Assembly (NCBI GenBank): GCA_964016885.1
Contig: OZ024747.1
Coordinates: 85,808,001 to 85,872,000, forward strand
Direction of reading: 5' to 3'
Origin: Eledone cirrhosa
Taxonomy: Eukaryota
DNA: 64,000 nt
In this document: piece by piece, positions 41,702 to 55,100 of the stretch
Numbering within the stretch: position 1 is the first letter of the stretch
How the letters are laid out: each line of letters begins with the position of its first letter
Notes under the pieces: generated by a model
The model's database searches: none
What the model was told of the DNA's origin: nothing
Seen by the model: only the letters and a program-made list of their open reading frames with translations
Made by a program: the position numbers and the translations under genes

Positions 41702-42238
41702 TTGTTGTTGGTGCTGCTGTTGTTGCTGCTGTTGTTGCTGCTTTTGTTGTTGCTGTTGTTGCTGCTGTTGCTGCTGTTGCTGTTGTTGTTGTTGTTGTTG
41801 TTGTTGCTGCTGTGTGTGTGTTGTTGTTGTTGTTGTTGTTGGTGTTGTTGTTGTTGTTGGTGTTGTTGTTGTTGTTGTTGTTGCTGTTTGTTGTTGTTAT
41901 TGTTGTTGTTGTGTGTGTGTTGTTGTTGCTGCTGCTGTTGTTGTTGTTGTTATTGTTGTTGTCATTGTTGTTGTTGTTATTGTTGTTGTTGTGTGTGTGT
42001 GTTGTTGTTGCTGCTGTTGTTGCTGTTGTTGTTGTTGTTGTTATTGTTGTTGTCATTGTTGTTGTTATTATTGTTGTTGTTGTGTGTGTTGTTGTTGTTG
42101 CTGTTGCTGTTGTTGTTGTTCCTGCTGTTGTTGTTATTTTTGTTGTTGTGCGTGTGCGTGTGTTGTTCCTGTTGTTGTTGTTGCTGTTGCTATTGTTGCT
42201 GTTGCTGTTGCTGTTGTTGCTGTTGTTGTTGTTGTTGC

Positions 42239-42273
<35 letters not shown>

Positions 42274-42597
42274 TTGTTGTTGTTTTAAAAGACCTGGAGG
42301 AGTAGGTTTTAAACCGGTTCCAGTTATAATATCGCTTCACTTTCTGCCTTTCTTCCTTCCTACATCCAGGTATTGTTTGTGTTACTGAGAGTTGTTTTAT
42401 ACAAGGAGAAGGTGGACAGAAACAAGGTGTGGTAGAGACAAAGAAAGAGAGACAGAGAGAGACAGACAGAGAGAGAAGGGAGAAAGAAAGAGAGAGAGAG
42501 AGAGAGAGAGGAGCGGGGGAGAGAGAGGAAGAGAGAGGGAGAAAAAGAAAGGGAGAGAGTGAAAGAAAGAAAGAGAGGGAGAGAGAGAGAGAAAGGG

Positions 42598-42637
<40 letters not shown>

Positions 42638-42720
42638 GGGGGGAGAGACAGAGAGGGGAGAGACAGAGAGGAGAGAGATGGAGAGAGAGATACAGAAAAA
42701 AAATATATATAGAGAGAGAG
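41520..42720. repeat. (GTT/GCT)n array 41520-42285 and GA-rich tract 42430-42720
   Basis: Direct reading. Confidence 0.95.
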
Positions 42721-43572
42721 AATGAGTGTAAACAAAGCCGTGATCTTAAGAAGCATTAGAGAAGTTTAAAATGCGCACATCGGAACGCTAATGGCCATAG
42801 TCGATCGCTCTAAATAATAGTTGAGAAAATCTGGTAGAGTACTCCTGGAGAGGGAAAGAGGGACAGAGGTGCCCGCGCATCTATTGATTTATGACTTGTG
42901 GTATATAGGAGAAAATTAAAGCCTGCACAAAGAATAGTTTATAATGGTGAGAGAAAAGTCGTGGACTTTTTAAATCGTACTGTGCGCGTGCACACATACA
43001 TACATATCTACATACATACTGACATACATACATACATACATACATACATACATACATACATACATACATACATACATACTGACATACATACTGACATACA
43101 TACATACATACATACATACATACATACATACATACATACATACATACTGACATACATACATACATACATACATACATACATACATACATACATACATACA
43201 TACATACATACTGACATACATACATACATACTGACATACATACATACATACATACATACATACATACATACATACTGACATACATACATACATACATACA
43301 CACATACATACATATCTACATACATACTGACATACATACATACATACATACATACATACATACATACATACATACATACTGACATACATACTGACATACA
43401 TACATACATACATACATACATACATACATACATACTGACATACATACATACATACATACATACATACATACATACATACATACATACATACATACTGACA
43501 TACATACATACATACATACTGACATACATACATACATACATACATACATACATACATACATACTGACATACA

Positions 43573-43606
<34 letters not shown>

Positions 43607-43871
43607 CCTACATACATACATACATACATACATACATACATACATACATACATACATACTGACATACCTACATACATACTGACATACATACATACATACA
43701 TACTGACATACATACATACATATATACATCATACATACTGACATTCATACATACATACATACATACATACATACATACATACATACATACATACATACAT
43801 ACATACTGACATACATACATACATACATACATACATACTGACATACATACATACATACATACATACATACA

Positions 43872-43905
<34 letters not shown>

Positions 43906-44142
43906 CATACATACATACATACATACATACATACATACATACATACTGACATACCTACATACATACTGACATACATACATACATACATACTGACATACAT
44001 ACATACATATATACATCATACATACTGACATTCATACATACATACATACATACATACATACATACATACATACATACATACATACTGACATACATACATA
44101 CATACATACATACATACATACTGACATACATACATACATACA

Positions 44143-44752
44143 TGGTGGCTGCCAACTCGTTTTCGAGTACGGCCACTACTTTATATCCATGTAGGAGAAC
44201 CCCTACCGATGCGCTGAACGAGTGTGACTTTTTAGTCCAGCCAGCGACTTGAAAACTCTGGTACAAACACTACACTTGTGACAATTACTGACACATAGTG
44301 CTGGGCCCATGGTACCATGTGACGACAAGTGCAGAGAGATCTCCAGATATAAAGCAATGCCTGTGCCGTGAAGCTTTTATAGTGGGCAAAGGCACTGCAC
44401 AAAGCCAGTCCCACTCTCTTAACCAAGATGATATTTACCAAAAAGAAGAACAAGTCAACATCATTGGATATCATCAGGGTTGCAGGTGTTATATCAGAGT
44501 TTTCCTTCTCCTAGAATTCTGCCTTGACAAAGGCTAAGGGGTCATCTCTCCCGGTGATTTTGGATGGTCATTGACTCTTACGAGCTCCTTTGCCCTTTGA
44601 CAGGTTTTGTTTTTAGTCCTGCAGGATGTCCAAAGTCACCCTCCTCACCAAGAAACCTTGGTGGGGTTGCCAGTTTAGTCGCCAACGACCCGACCATGAG
44701 ACAGGTTGTACTGGGATACATGTTACCAGTAGCACCAACTGGTGACTTGACA
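44143..44752 (-). mobile_element. Non-autonomous RTE-related retroposon with a (TGTA)n tail, copy 1
   Basis: ctaggagaaggaaaactctg motif resembling RTE-type 5' regions; 3' end gagttggcagccacca(tgta)n; near-identical copy at 45174-45733. Confidence 0.65.
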
Positions 44753-45079
44753 TATATACATACATACATACATACATACATACATACATACATACATACA
44801 TACATACATACATACATACTGACATACATACATACATACATACATACATACATACATACTGACATACATACATACATACTGACATACATACTGACATACA
44901 TACATACATACATACATACATACATACATACATACATACATACATACATACATAATACATACTGACATACATACATACATATATACATACATATGTACAT
45001 ACATACATACATATATACATACATATATACATACATACACATATACATACATATATACATACATACATACATACTGACA

Positions 45080-45115
<36 letters not shown>

Positions 45116-45173
45116 CATACATATATACATACATATGTACATATATACATACATATATACATACATACATACA

Positions 45174-45733
45174 TGGTGGCTGCCAACTCGTTTTCGAGTA
45201 CGGCCACTACTTTATATCCATGTAGGAGAACCCCTACCGATGCGCTGAACGAGTGTGACTTTTTAGTCCAGCCAGTGACTTGAAAACTCTGGTACAAACA
45301 CTACACTTGTGACAATTATTGACACTTAGTGCTGGGCCCATGGTACCATGTGACGACAAGTGCAGAGAGATCTCCAGATATAAAGCAATGCCTTTGGCGT
45401 GAAACTTTTATAGTGAGCAAAGGCACTGCACAAAGCCAGTCCCACTCTTTTAACCAAGATGATATTTACCAAAAAGAAGAACAAGTCAACATCATTGGAT
45501 ACCATCAGAGTTGCAGGTGTTATATCAGAGTTTTCCTTCTCCTAGAATTCTGCCTTGACAAAGGCTAAGGGGTCATCTCTCCCGGCGATTTTCGATGGCC
45601 ATTGACTCTTAAGAGTTCCTTTGCCCTTTTGACAGGTCTTGTTTTTAGTCCTGCAGGATGTCCAAAGTCACCCTCCTCACCAAGAAATCTTGGTGGGGTT
45701 GCGAGTTTAGTCGCCAACGACCCGACCATGAGA
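45174..45733 (-). mobile_element. Same retroposon, copy 2, about 50 nt shorter at the 5' end
   Basis: Co-linear with 44143-44701 and has the same 3' end. Confidence 0.65.
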
Positions 45734-45959
45734 TACATACATACATACATACATACATACATACATACATACATACATACATACATACATACATACACAA
45801 ACAAATAAACACTCATACATATATAGTCAGGTCTGTAGCACTATTTGCATCAACTAATAACTATTTGAGCTAAACTTTTCCTAAACTTTACTAATGTACT
45901 AATGTAGTAAAGTAAACTCTACTAATGTACTACCATACTATTTTGCAAGTGTATTATTT

Positions 45960-46080
45960 ATGATCTGAGTTCAAATTCCGCCGAAGTTAACTTTGCCTTT
46001 CATCCTTCGGGGGTCGATAAAATAAAGTACCAGTAATGCACTGGGTAATTGCTGGCCTTGTGCCAAAAGTAGAAACAATT
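45960..46080 (+). mobile_element. SINE family A, 5'-truncated
   Basis: B box, core, tail. Confidence 0.88.
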
Positions 46081-46398
46081 ATTGTACAAATGAACTATTG
46101 TACTATTAGGAGAAAGTTTTACGCCATTTTGTATTTAAAAAAAAAATGCGTTTAAAACTATTACTTCATCATTAAAAAACAGAAGTCAATATTTTAAGTT
46201 CGTCCATTTTGATTCTTATCAAACACTTAACAAAGAGATGAAATAAAAACCATCGAGGTAGTGTGGCTTGGAATTTGAGGAAAAACAAGGAATTTAGACG
46301 AAGGAAAGGAGGAGGAGGAGGACGAGGAGGAGGACGAGGAGAAGGAGGAGGAGGAAGAGAAGAAGAAGAAGAAGAAGAAGAAGAAGAAGAAGAAGAAG

Positions 46399-46430
<32 letters not shown>

Positions 46431-46967
46431 CTCCAAAACTTTGGCAAAGATAAGGAATAAGGAATGGCAGATTTTTTAAGGTCAAGAAACTCACCGATTG
46501 GTGAAAATGTGAAATAGAAACCTCTGCGAGAAAGGTATATGTAAATGTGTGTGTGTGTATATACTCATACACACACACACACACGCTATAATATATATAT
46601 ATATATACACACACACAATCATACATATGCACACCGCTACCTTCGTTATCAAACAGCGATGTTGAACGTGAAATAGTGAACTAGACAACGTAGTAGAAAT
46701 GTTAGAGGTTAAATGTCAACAGTATAGAAAGGGAGATAATTTCTCAGTTAATTTCATTACATAAAATAACACTGAAATCTCTCAACTCCAATGAAACACC
46801 GGTATGTCTTTGTAGTTTGTGTGTTTATTATCTGTGTGTACTGCACGTGTTTTGTATGTTTATTGTGTGTGTATTGTATGTGTATTGTGTGTGCGTTATA
46901 TGCGTCTACCTCATTTAGTCTGAAATGCAAATATTTTCTTGAAACCGCTTTTCTCTTTTATGTATTA

Positions 46968-47441
46968 CTAGCAGTGGTACCCGGCGTTGCACGGGATAAG
47001 GTATTGTGAAATATATAACCGCCTTAGCTAAGCTTAGTATTGCCACAACCACAGCTGGCAAAGAAGTAAGGGTCTGGTGGTACGTAAGTAAGCAACACTG
47101 TGGCTTAAAACGTGAGGAAGAAGTTGTGTACACTTACCAACTGTTTGAGGAATGAGTGTGAGATTTGTTTTAACCGGAGGCAGCAGACAGCCAGACATAC
47201 AGACAGATATTATAAGGGCGCGACGTTATATGTATGTATCTATCTAAAAAGAGAAAGACTAAGAATTATAGAGAGAGATCGCTAAATCGCCTAGGGCATT
47301 GACCATTTGAATTTGAACACTCCCTGAAACATAAGTATTACATGTGTAAAGTTTGAAAACAGTCGGTTGGGTGCTTCTCGAGTTTTAGGGATTCAAACTC
47401 ACACACACACAGACAGACATCCTCAGTTTTATATATATAGA
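46968..47441 (-). mobile_element. Non-autonomous Helitron
   Basis: Minus strand A|TCtatatatataaaa...cccgtgcaacgccgggtaccactgCTAG|T; CCCG/CGGG hairpin just upstream of CTAG. Confidence 0.85.
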
Positions 47442-47456
47442 TTATGAGGCTACGAA

Positions 47457-47648
47457 GGGCGGTGGATTGGCAGTATCGGTAGAGAGTCGGACGCCATGCT
47501 TTGCAGCATAGAGTTACGTCCCTTTTCGATCTGAGTTCAAATCCCGCTGAGGTTAACTTTGCCTTTCATCCTTACGGGGTCGATAAAATAAAGCATCAGT
47601 AATACATTGGGGGTAATTACTGGCCTTGTGCCAAAAGTAGAAACAATT
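47457..47648 (+). mobile_element. SINE family A, full length
   Basis: Consensus match; TSD attatgaggctacga. Confidence 0.93.
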
Positions 47649-47699
47649 ATTATGAGGCTACGACATCTCCATCTGTCCCCTTAATTGTGAACAGGTTCA

Positions 47700-48133
47700 G
47701 TGGCTGTTCACCAGATGCCGTATCGCGAATACAAGCGGCCGAAATGGGATTTCTCCGAAGGGTCTTTGGAGTAATGTTACTCGATAGAGTGCATAGCTCA
47801 GCGATCAGAATCACTCCTGGTAGAGCCGCTACTTCTCCGAATTGAGAGATCACAGTTCCGATACTATGGGCATGAGGTTAGAATGTCTCAGGAAATAATC
47901 GCTGTACATATTTTACGGGCAAAACCAACATGTAGGGTACCCAGGGGTAGACACCGAGCAAGATGGTTGGATAACATCCATGAGCTTGGCTGGTCACACT
48001 TGAGGATCTAGCCGGATCAGTTGGAGACGGTTGCTTCTGACAAGACCAGCTGGAAGGAGCGTTTGAGGACCCTGCCTCCCACGACACTCTCAGGAATATG
48101 TGGGCGAAGAAGAAGAAGAAGAAGAAGAAGAAG
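47700..48133 (+). pseudogene. RTE-clade (Rex3/Expander-like) LINE 3' fragment with an (AAG)n tail
   Basis: SRIQAAEMGFLRRVFGVMLLDRV...PRGRHRARWLDNI, then (aag)n at 48106-48133. Confidence 0.8.
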
Positions 48134-49022
48134 AGACTTGTGGGGGTAATATCAGGCCCTTCATTTAAAATGTCATCATTTTTGTCGCTTACTGTGTTTG
48201 TCTTCGTATTTTTCCCTTCAATTCAAAGTGCGTTTTTATTCGCTTTCTGCAGAATTATACGGTGTTTAGTTGTTTTATTTTTAGTGTTTGTTTTGCTCGT
48301 GATTGTTTTTTTTTTAAATCTATCTTTCTTTACGCATGCGCTTTCATAATATGAACGTTCGTATTACACCATCAATCAATACATCATATGTTTGTTACTT
48401 AAATGCATCAATTTTCGTTGCTTTTGTTCCTTTTTGATTTATTGTTAATATTTCAGTCGTTATTAATCTCTGTTTGATGTGACTTTTTCAACTAGTTTCA
48501 TATCTCCCATGTTTCAACATCAACGAAGTAATTTATATGATAGGGACAAACCATATATAAGATTTGTAGGGTTCGCTTCGTTCTTGTCTGGCATATTCTT
48601 CTTCGTTTTCTAATTAGATTCACCTTTATTTTGGCGGTATTAATGGATTCTTACAAATCTTGCTGGAAGCTTCTTTAAAGGCGTCTATGAGGTTATTCGC
48701 CTCTATTTTTTCTTCTTGTTGAAGTGCCAGCGTTCTGACATATTTGATATTGCATCAGAAATGGTATGACAGATTTTATTTACCTTCTTGAAGTGTGTTT
48801 GTGTGTGTGTATGTGTGTGTGTGTGTATGTTTATGTGTGTGTGTGTGTGTGTGTTTGTGTGTGTGTTTATTTGTGTGTTTGTGTGTGTGTTTATTTGTGT
48901 GTTTGTGTGTGTGTGTTTATGTGTGTGTTTATTTGTGTGTTTGTTTGTGTCTGTGTTTGTGTGTGTTTATGTGTGTGTTTGTGTTTGTGTGTGTGTTTGT
49001 TTCTCTGTGTGTGTGTGTGTGT

Positions 49023-49107
<85 letters not shown>

Positions 49108-49834
49108 CGTGCGCGTTCACGTATGTGTGTGTGTGTGCAGAAAGAGATGAGTGTTCTGTCTTTTATATATTACTCTCTAGGAGCAAACATAAATATTTAT
49201 TTTGACATTTTCAGATACCACGTTTATACATTTCTTTAAAGATGCTACTCGGTCAAAAATGTTATAAAAGTAATGGTCGGAGGAAGTTCATAGAGTGATG
49301 TTAGCAGGCTTCCGGATGTTTGAGTTGGAGAGAGCCAAGACCTCCTTAGTGGGGTAGACGGTGTCGTCAGAGACGACTACTCTGACTGCAGCCGAGACTT
49401 CACCCGCGATGAGTTTGGCATTTACCCGATCGCGTACACACTTTGAGTTGGCATCAGAGGTGGAGGACTGCGGATGAGTGTAGTTAGGCCTACTCAGACT
49501 CAGTTGGTATGGCTACATTCCCGAAGGTTGGTATGTTTTGCCTTGACCAGGGCTGTTGACGACAGACTGTTTCAATCGGCAATATAGTTGGGGAGACGGA
49601 GGGCGTGTGGAGCGAAATAGAACAATCTCTCCCAGTCACTATGTAGATCCGAATCCAAAGCTTTCCAGATTGTGGCTTAGATGACATCGGGTACTGGCCC
49701 TCGTACTGTTTTCGGGATCTTAAGGGGGATCTACCGAAGTTGTCTGAGCCGAGCGATGTTGATCAGCGAGGATTGGGCGTCGGGCAGGCACGCTGTATCG
49801 TCTTCTATGAACCTTATTTGAGTAGATGACTCAA

Positions 49835-49981
49835 TATGGTTTCTACTTTAAACACAAGGCCAGTAAATTTGTTGGGGAAAGAAAGCTGATTAAATCGACT
49901 CCAGTATATTACTACTACTTTATTTTATCGACCTTAGAAGGATGAAAGACAACGTTGATCTCGGGGGGATTTTTAACTCAG
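49835..49981 (-). mobile_element. Older SINE family A copy, long subtype
   Basis: Divergent match to core and tail. Confidence 0.7.
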
Positions 49982-51048
49982 TAGAGGACTTAATATGTTG
50001 CTCTGTTTAAAACTACACAACACCACCTGGTCCTTCAATGGTTTTAATGAACTTCACGCTGTTGCAGTTTCCGACAAGCCCACCCCCTTACTTACTTCCT
50101 ACCCACCATTCTCGGAAGCCTTAAAAGAGGTTATGCACATAGCCCTTCCTTCTTTTTTGTTAAAACCATTAAACACCCTGCCCCGTACATGGACACAATC
50201 TATATAGTTATAATTGACGGGATGGTCACGGCTGGAATATTTTAAAACTCATCCATCCGATGCGTAACAGCAAAAACAGTAACACCACTACCACCACCAC
50301 AAACAATAACAACACTAACAACAATAACGTCCCCATCATCATCACCATAGCCATCACCACCATCATCACCACAGCCACCACGACAACCATCATCACCACC
50401 ACCATCACCATAGCCACCACAACCACCATCACCACGACCATCACCACGACCATCATCACCACCACCAACACAACAAGAACAAGAACAAAAACAACACCAA
50501 CAGTAACACCCCCATCACCATCAACACCACCGCCACCAGCAACAAAACAACAACAATTTGACGTGATAGCAACGCCCTCTGCGGTCAGATTATTACATAA
50601 TACAGTCGAAGCTGGTGACTGAAATCTTTATTTGAAAATTTAACCAAAAACAAAACAAAAACAAAAAACAAATAAAACCTTGAAATAAAATTAAAAATAC
50701 TAAAAAAAAGGAAAGCTGAAAGAAAATATGGTGGACGGCATGAGGAGTGTTGGAGGTAAGTACCCCTCCTCCCTCACTTTGAAAGAAATAGCGGCAGAGC
50801 GCGTGACGCTTTTATCTGGGGGTCAAATAGAATCGTTGCCCTTCAGTGGAATGAGCCAACCCAGGCTTTATTGAAGGAATGTCAGGGGTGGTGTGGGGGG
50901 TGGTCTTTAGAATAACTAATAAATAAAGAAACAAAGAATGTAAATATAATGAATTTAGAAATGGCTTCTCTGAGTGTGTATGTATGTGTATGTTTATGTA
51001 TGTATGTATGTATGTATGTATGTATGTATGTATGTATGTATGTATGTA

Positions 51049-51105
<57 letters not shown>

Positions 51106-51114
51106 ATAATAAAT

Positions 51115-51148
51115 GTAAAGACTAAAATCCTAAGAGGGCTCGATAAAG

Positions 51149-51196
<48 letters not shown>

Positions 51197-51315
51197 GGCA
51201 GAGCAAACATTTATTATAAGAACAGATTAAAGTTTAAGCAAAGAATCGCCGCGTTCACCCTAAACGGGATCTTCTGAAAGCAACGATTCTTTGCTTAAAC
51301 TTTAATCTGTTCTTA
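51115..51315. mobile_element. pLTR family X remnant with a short fold-back (~35-bp arms)
   Basis: aacagattaaagtttaagcaaagaatcg / cgattctttgcttaaactttaatctgtt; minus-strand CAGAAGA-t-ccc gttta ggg-t-GAAC. Confidence 0.78.
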
Positions 51316-51388
51316 TGATATATATATATATATAAAATTAGTCCTTCATCAGTGATTTTCCAACCTTCATATACATACACACATACAT

Positions 51389-51480
<92 letters not shown>

Positions 51481-51703
51481 GTTTTGAAACTCTTAATGAG
51501 GTATCCTTAATGAGGTATCCTCTTGATAAGTCGGCAGACCTCACAAAAATTCTATATCTCTGTGATGTAGTGTTTTTGCATAATATGCCACGAAACTACG
51601 TTGTCGAGGAGTAAAGAAGGAGTTTAGGTATGGTATATCTTATTAATTATATCTAATGTTTCTTCTCTCTTTATAATGTTGGCCTTGTGCCAAAAGTAGA
51701 AAC

Positions 51704-51771
<68 letters not shown>

Positions 51772-51859
51772 ATATATGTGTGTGTATATATTTTATGGTC
51801 CTCTGGTCCCTTTTCTTTTTGTGATATGCCTTGATGATGCATTGTGTAATGTCATTGCA

Positions 51860-52660
51860 CCATAATGCTGAAGAGTCAACAAAGCACCCGACATCTAGAG
51901 AAAGTTCTATCTGAAGTGGCTTACGTAGATGACATAGCTAACCTGGAAAACACCTGCAAAAAAGCTGAGTAAGTGCTTCACGGATTGGAGATTGCAAAGC
52001 AATTCATTGGATTCTTCTTGAATCCTGGCAAAACAAAATCATGCACCTGAATGCAACGTCAAATAAACAAATGCAAGCTCTGGGCGATTCAGAGATTGAG
52101 GAGGTCGCTGACTTCTTGTTTTTTGACATTTTTATAAATACTGAGCACGATGTTGACACCAAGATAGGCATGGCATGGGGGGGGGGGGGCTCTCTCATCC
52201 CCCTACCAAAACGTGTGAATGTCTCCGATCAAGAAAACCACACAAATAAGGCTATTCAAAGCAACAGTTGAGGCCATTCTTCTCTACGGATGTGAGTCAT
52301 GGACATTAAAAAAAACACCCACTAAGAGGATTAATAGGACAATCACTCGGATGCTGAGAAAGATCCAGAACATATCCTGGAGAAGACATGTAGAAAATAA
52401 ACCACTCTACGATTCACATACTCACCTTTCTGACATTATATAGCGACGAAGGGTTCCATTAGCTGGAGACACGTGACAATAAAGCCGCTGGAAGAGTTCT
52501 TTTTTGAAAGCTTGATGTGTGCAGCCGAGTTGAGAGACCAACCAGCAAGCTGAACGATGTTCTTGAAGATGGCACCGGGTTAGAGGCAAGGAAACTTTAG
52601 ACGGCAATGCTAGACAGGGTGTGTTGGAGGAGGAACATCGTCATGGCACCGATAACAGAT
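51860..52660 (+). pseudogene. RTE-clade LINE RT fragment
   Basis: VAYVDDIA...LNPGKTKIM...IRLFKATVEAILLYGCESWTL...TRMLRKIQNISW; stops and frameshifts. Confidence 0.88.
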
Positions 52661-52708
52661 GTATAGAAAAAAGAATATATATATATATATATATGGGTGT
52701 GTGCATGA

Positions 52709-52766
<58 letters not shown>

Positions 52767-53015
52767 GTGTGTGTGTGTGTGCGCGTGTGTGCCTTTGTGT
52801 GTGTATCTGTGTGCGTGCGTGTGTGTGTGTGTGTGTATGTACGTGTGTTTGTATGTGTATGTGCGTGTGTGTGAGTATGTGTGTGTATGTGTGCGTGTGT
52901 CTGTGTCTGTGTGTGTGGCGCCAGTTTAACCATAAATATTCTTTGTTATGATATGCTTGGATTTTATCTTTCTCCATCTCACCTCCCCATTTACACTCAC
53001 TTGTATATATATATA

Positions 53016-53143
<128 letters not shown>

Positions 53144-53171
53144 TATATGTATATATATACACATACATACA

Positions 53172-53253
<82 letters not shown>

Positions 53254-53341
53254 ATATACATACATACATACATATATATACATATATATACTCATGCACA
53301 TACTCATGCACATACTTGCATGTGTATACATACACATGCAA

Positions 53342-53387
<46 letters not shown>

Positions 53388-53446
53388 TTCGGAATAAAAG
53401 AAAACCAAAAAAACAGACAAACTCAGGAACTAAATGCTACAAATAT

Positions 53447-53507
<61 letters not shown>

Positions 53508-53884
53508 TTATATCCAATCTCCAATTAAATTCTCCCTGTTTAATTGCTAGTAAAAGACTTCCTTTTATTTTATGATATGTTAACACAGAACTGAAATTGT
53601 AGTATTAGTATTTGCTTGTTTTGTAATTGATCCTGGAATTAACACAACGGCTAACTACTCACTACATATGAGGAACATTATGTTGAAAATGAAATCCTGC
53701 AATATAAATTTTATTTGAAATACGCTGAGATCTCGTTCCCGTTACTCAGAAAACTCCTGAGTTGTCTGAAGATCAGGAACGAGAAATATGGAGCAGAAAC
53801 TTGCTGAGACGCTCACACCATTAACAGTATATACTACAAATATTATGGGTGTAGGAGTTGACAGTGACACCTTTACACATAATA

Positions 53885-54224
53885 ATTGTTTCTACTATTG
53901 GCACAAGGCCAGCAATTAACCAGTGTATTACTGGTACTTTATTTTATCGACCCCGTAAGGATGAAAGGTAAAGTTAACCTCGACGGGATTTGAACTCAAA
54001 CCGTAAAGGGACGTAACACCGCCCTTTACACATAATAATTGTTTCTACTTTAGGCACAAGGCCAGCAATTAACCAGTGCATTACTGGTACTTTATTTTAT
54101 CGACCCCGTTAAGATGAAAGGCAAAGTAAACCTCGGCGGGATTTGAACTCAGACTGTAAAGGGACGTAACTATGCTGGAAAGCATGGCGTCCAACTCTCT
54201 ACCGATACTGCCAATCCCCCGCCC
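53885..54224 (-). mobile_element. Tandem pair of SINE family A (first copy internally deleted)
   Basis: Three copies of cctttacacataataat at 53870, 54023 and 54223. Confidence 0.9.
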
Positions 54225-54797
54225 TTTACACATAATAATATTTTCTAGACATGTTGTGATTTGTAAACTTGCCTTTTAGTTGTGTGATCGCAAAACTCAG
54301 AGTAGCCAGAGTGTGTAAAATATTAGTATATATAAATATATAAATACTCTACTTTGACATTGGGGGCTTTTCCTCATGCTTGCAAGTATTTAGGATAGAA
54401 TGACATACTGGATAATAAAGTCTCACGTACACTGTCGGAAGTGAAATATCTTGAAATTAACGGTGTTTTAGCGTTAACTGGGATGTAACTCAGAGACACA
54501 TATTATACACACACACACACACACACACACGTGTGTATATATATCTGTGTGTGTGTGAGTTTGTGGATGTATATATATATATATATATATATTGTTATAC
54601 TTGGGGAGGGTCATATTTGTGTAATATTGCCAGAATTAATAACAGAACACACTCACTGTTTGGTTGGTTATCGCTTTTCGCTTCTGTGTCTTTTATATCG
54701 GTAATCTAATTTATTCGGTCCTCAATGTTGCCATTGACTGACCAACGGTAAAAAATAATACAGATACAATATAGACACAAACACATATATATAGTTT

Positions 54798-54839
54798 ATC
54801 AAAGTTCTTTCGTTGCACATCTGCAACATCGTCAGTGGT
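54798..54839 (-). ncRNA. Hammerhead motif in the 3' pLTR
   Basis: acca-CTGACGA-t-GTTGCA gatg TGCAAC-GAAA-g aa ctt-tgat. Confidence 0.75.
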
Positions 54840-55100
54840 GCTATTGTTTCCTCCCGTTGCATTGTATTTTCTACGCCATCTTTATTTAGTCTGTTTATAT
54901 ATTTATTTATTTGTTTATTTTATTTTGTCTTCTTTGCGCATGCGTTTGCGTGTGTGTATAGGGTTTTGTTTGATGTGTGTTCGTGATTGGGTGACTGTGT
55001 ATTGGTTAATGTATTATATCTTTACTAGTGTGTGTTTATATGTGTTTGTTGCTATTGTGCTTGTGTATGTATTTATTTATTTATTTATCTATTTATTTAT

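Larger units (their letters stand above)
42995..45795. repeat. (TACA)n array with CTGA interruptions, containing two element insertions
   Basis: Direct reading. Confidence 0.95.

Noticed and set aside
42881-45297. MYVC/HTYI, YI and CV repeat ORFs here and throughout the window
   Set aside because: Translations of (TACA)n, (TA)n and (CA)n.
49200-49830. Possible exon after a ttttcag acceptor, and a GC-rich segment
   Set aside because: Early stops and no recognisable protein; probably an unclassified repeat fragment.
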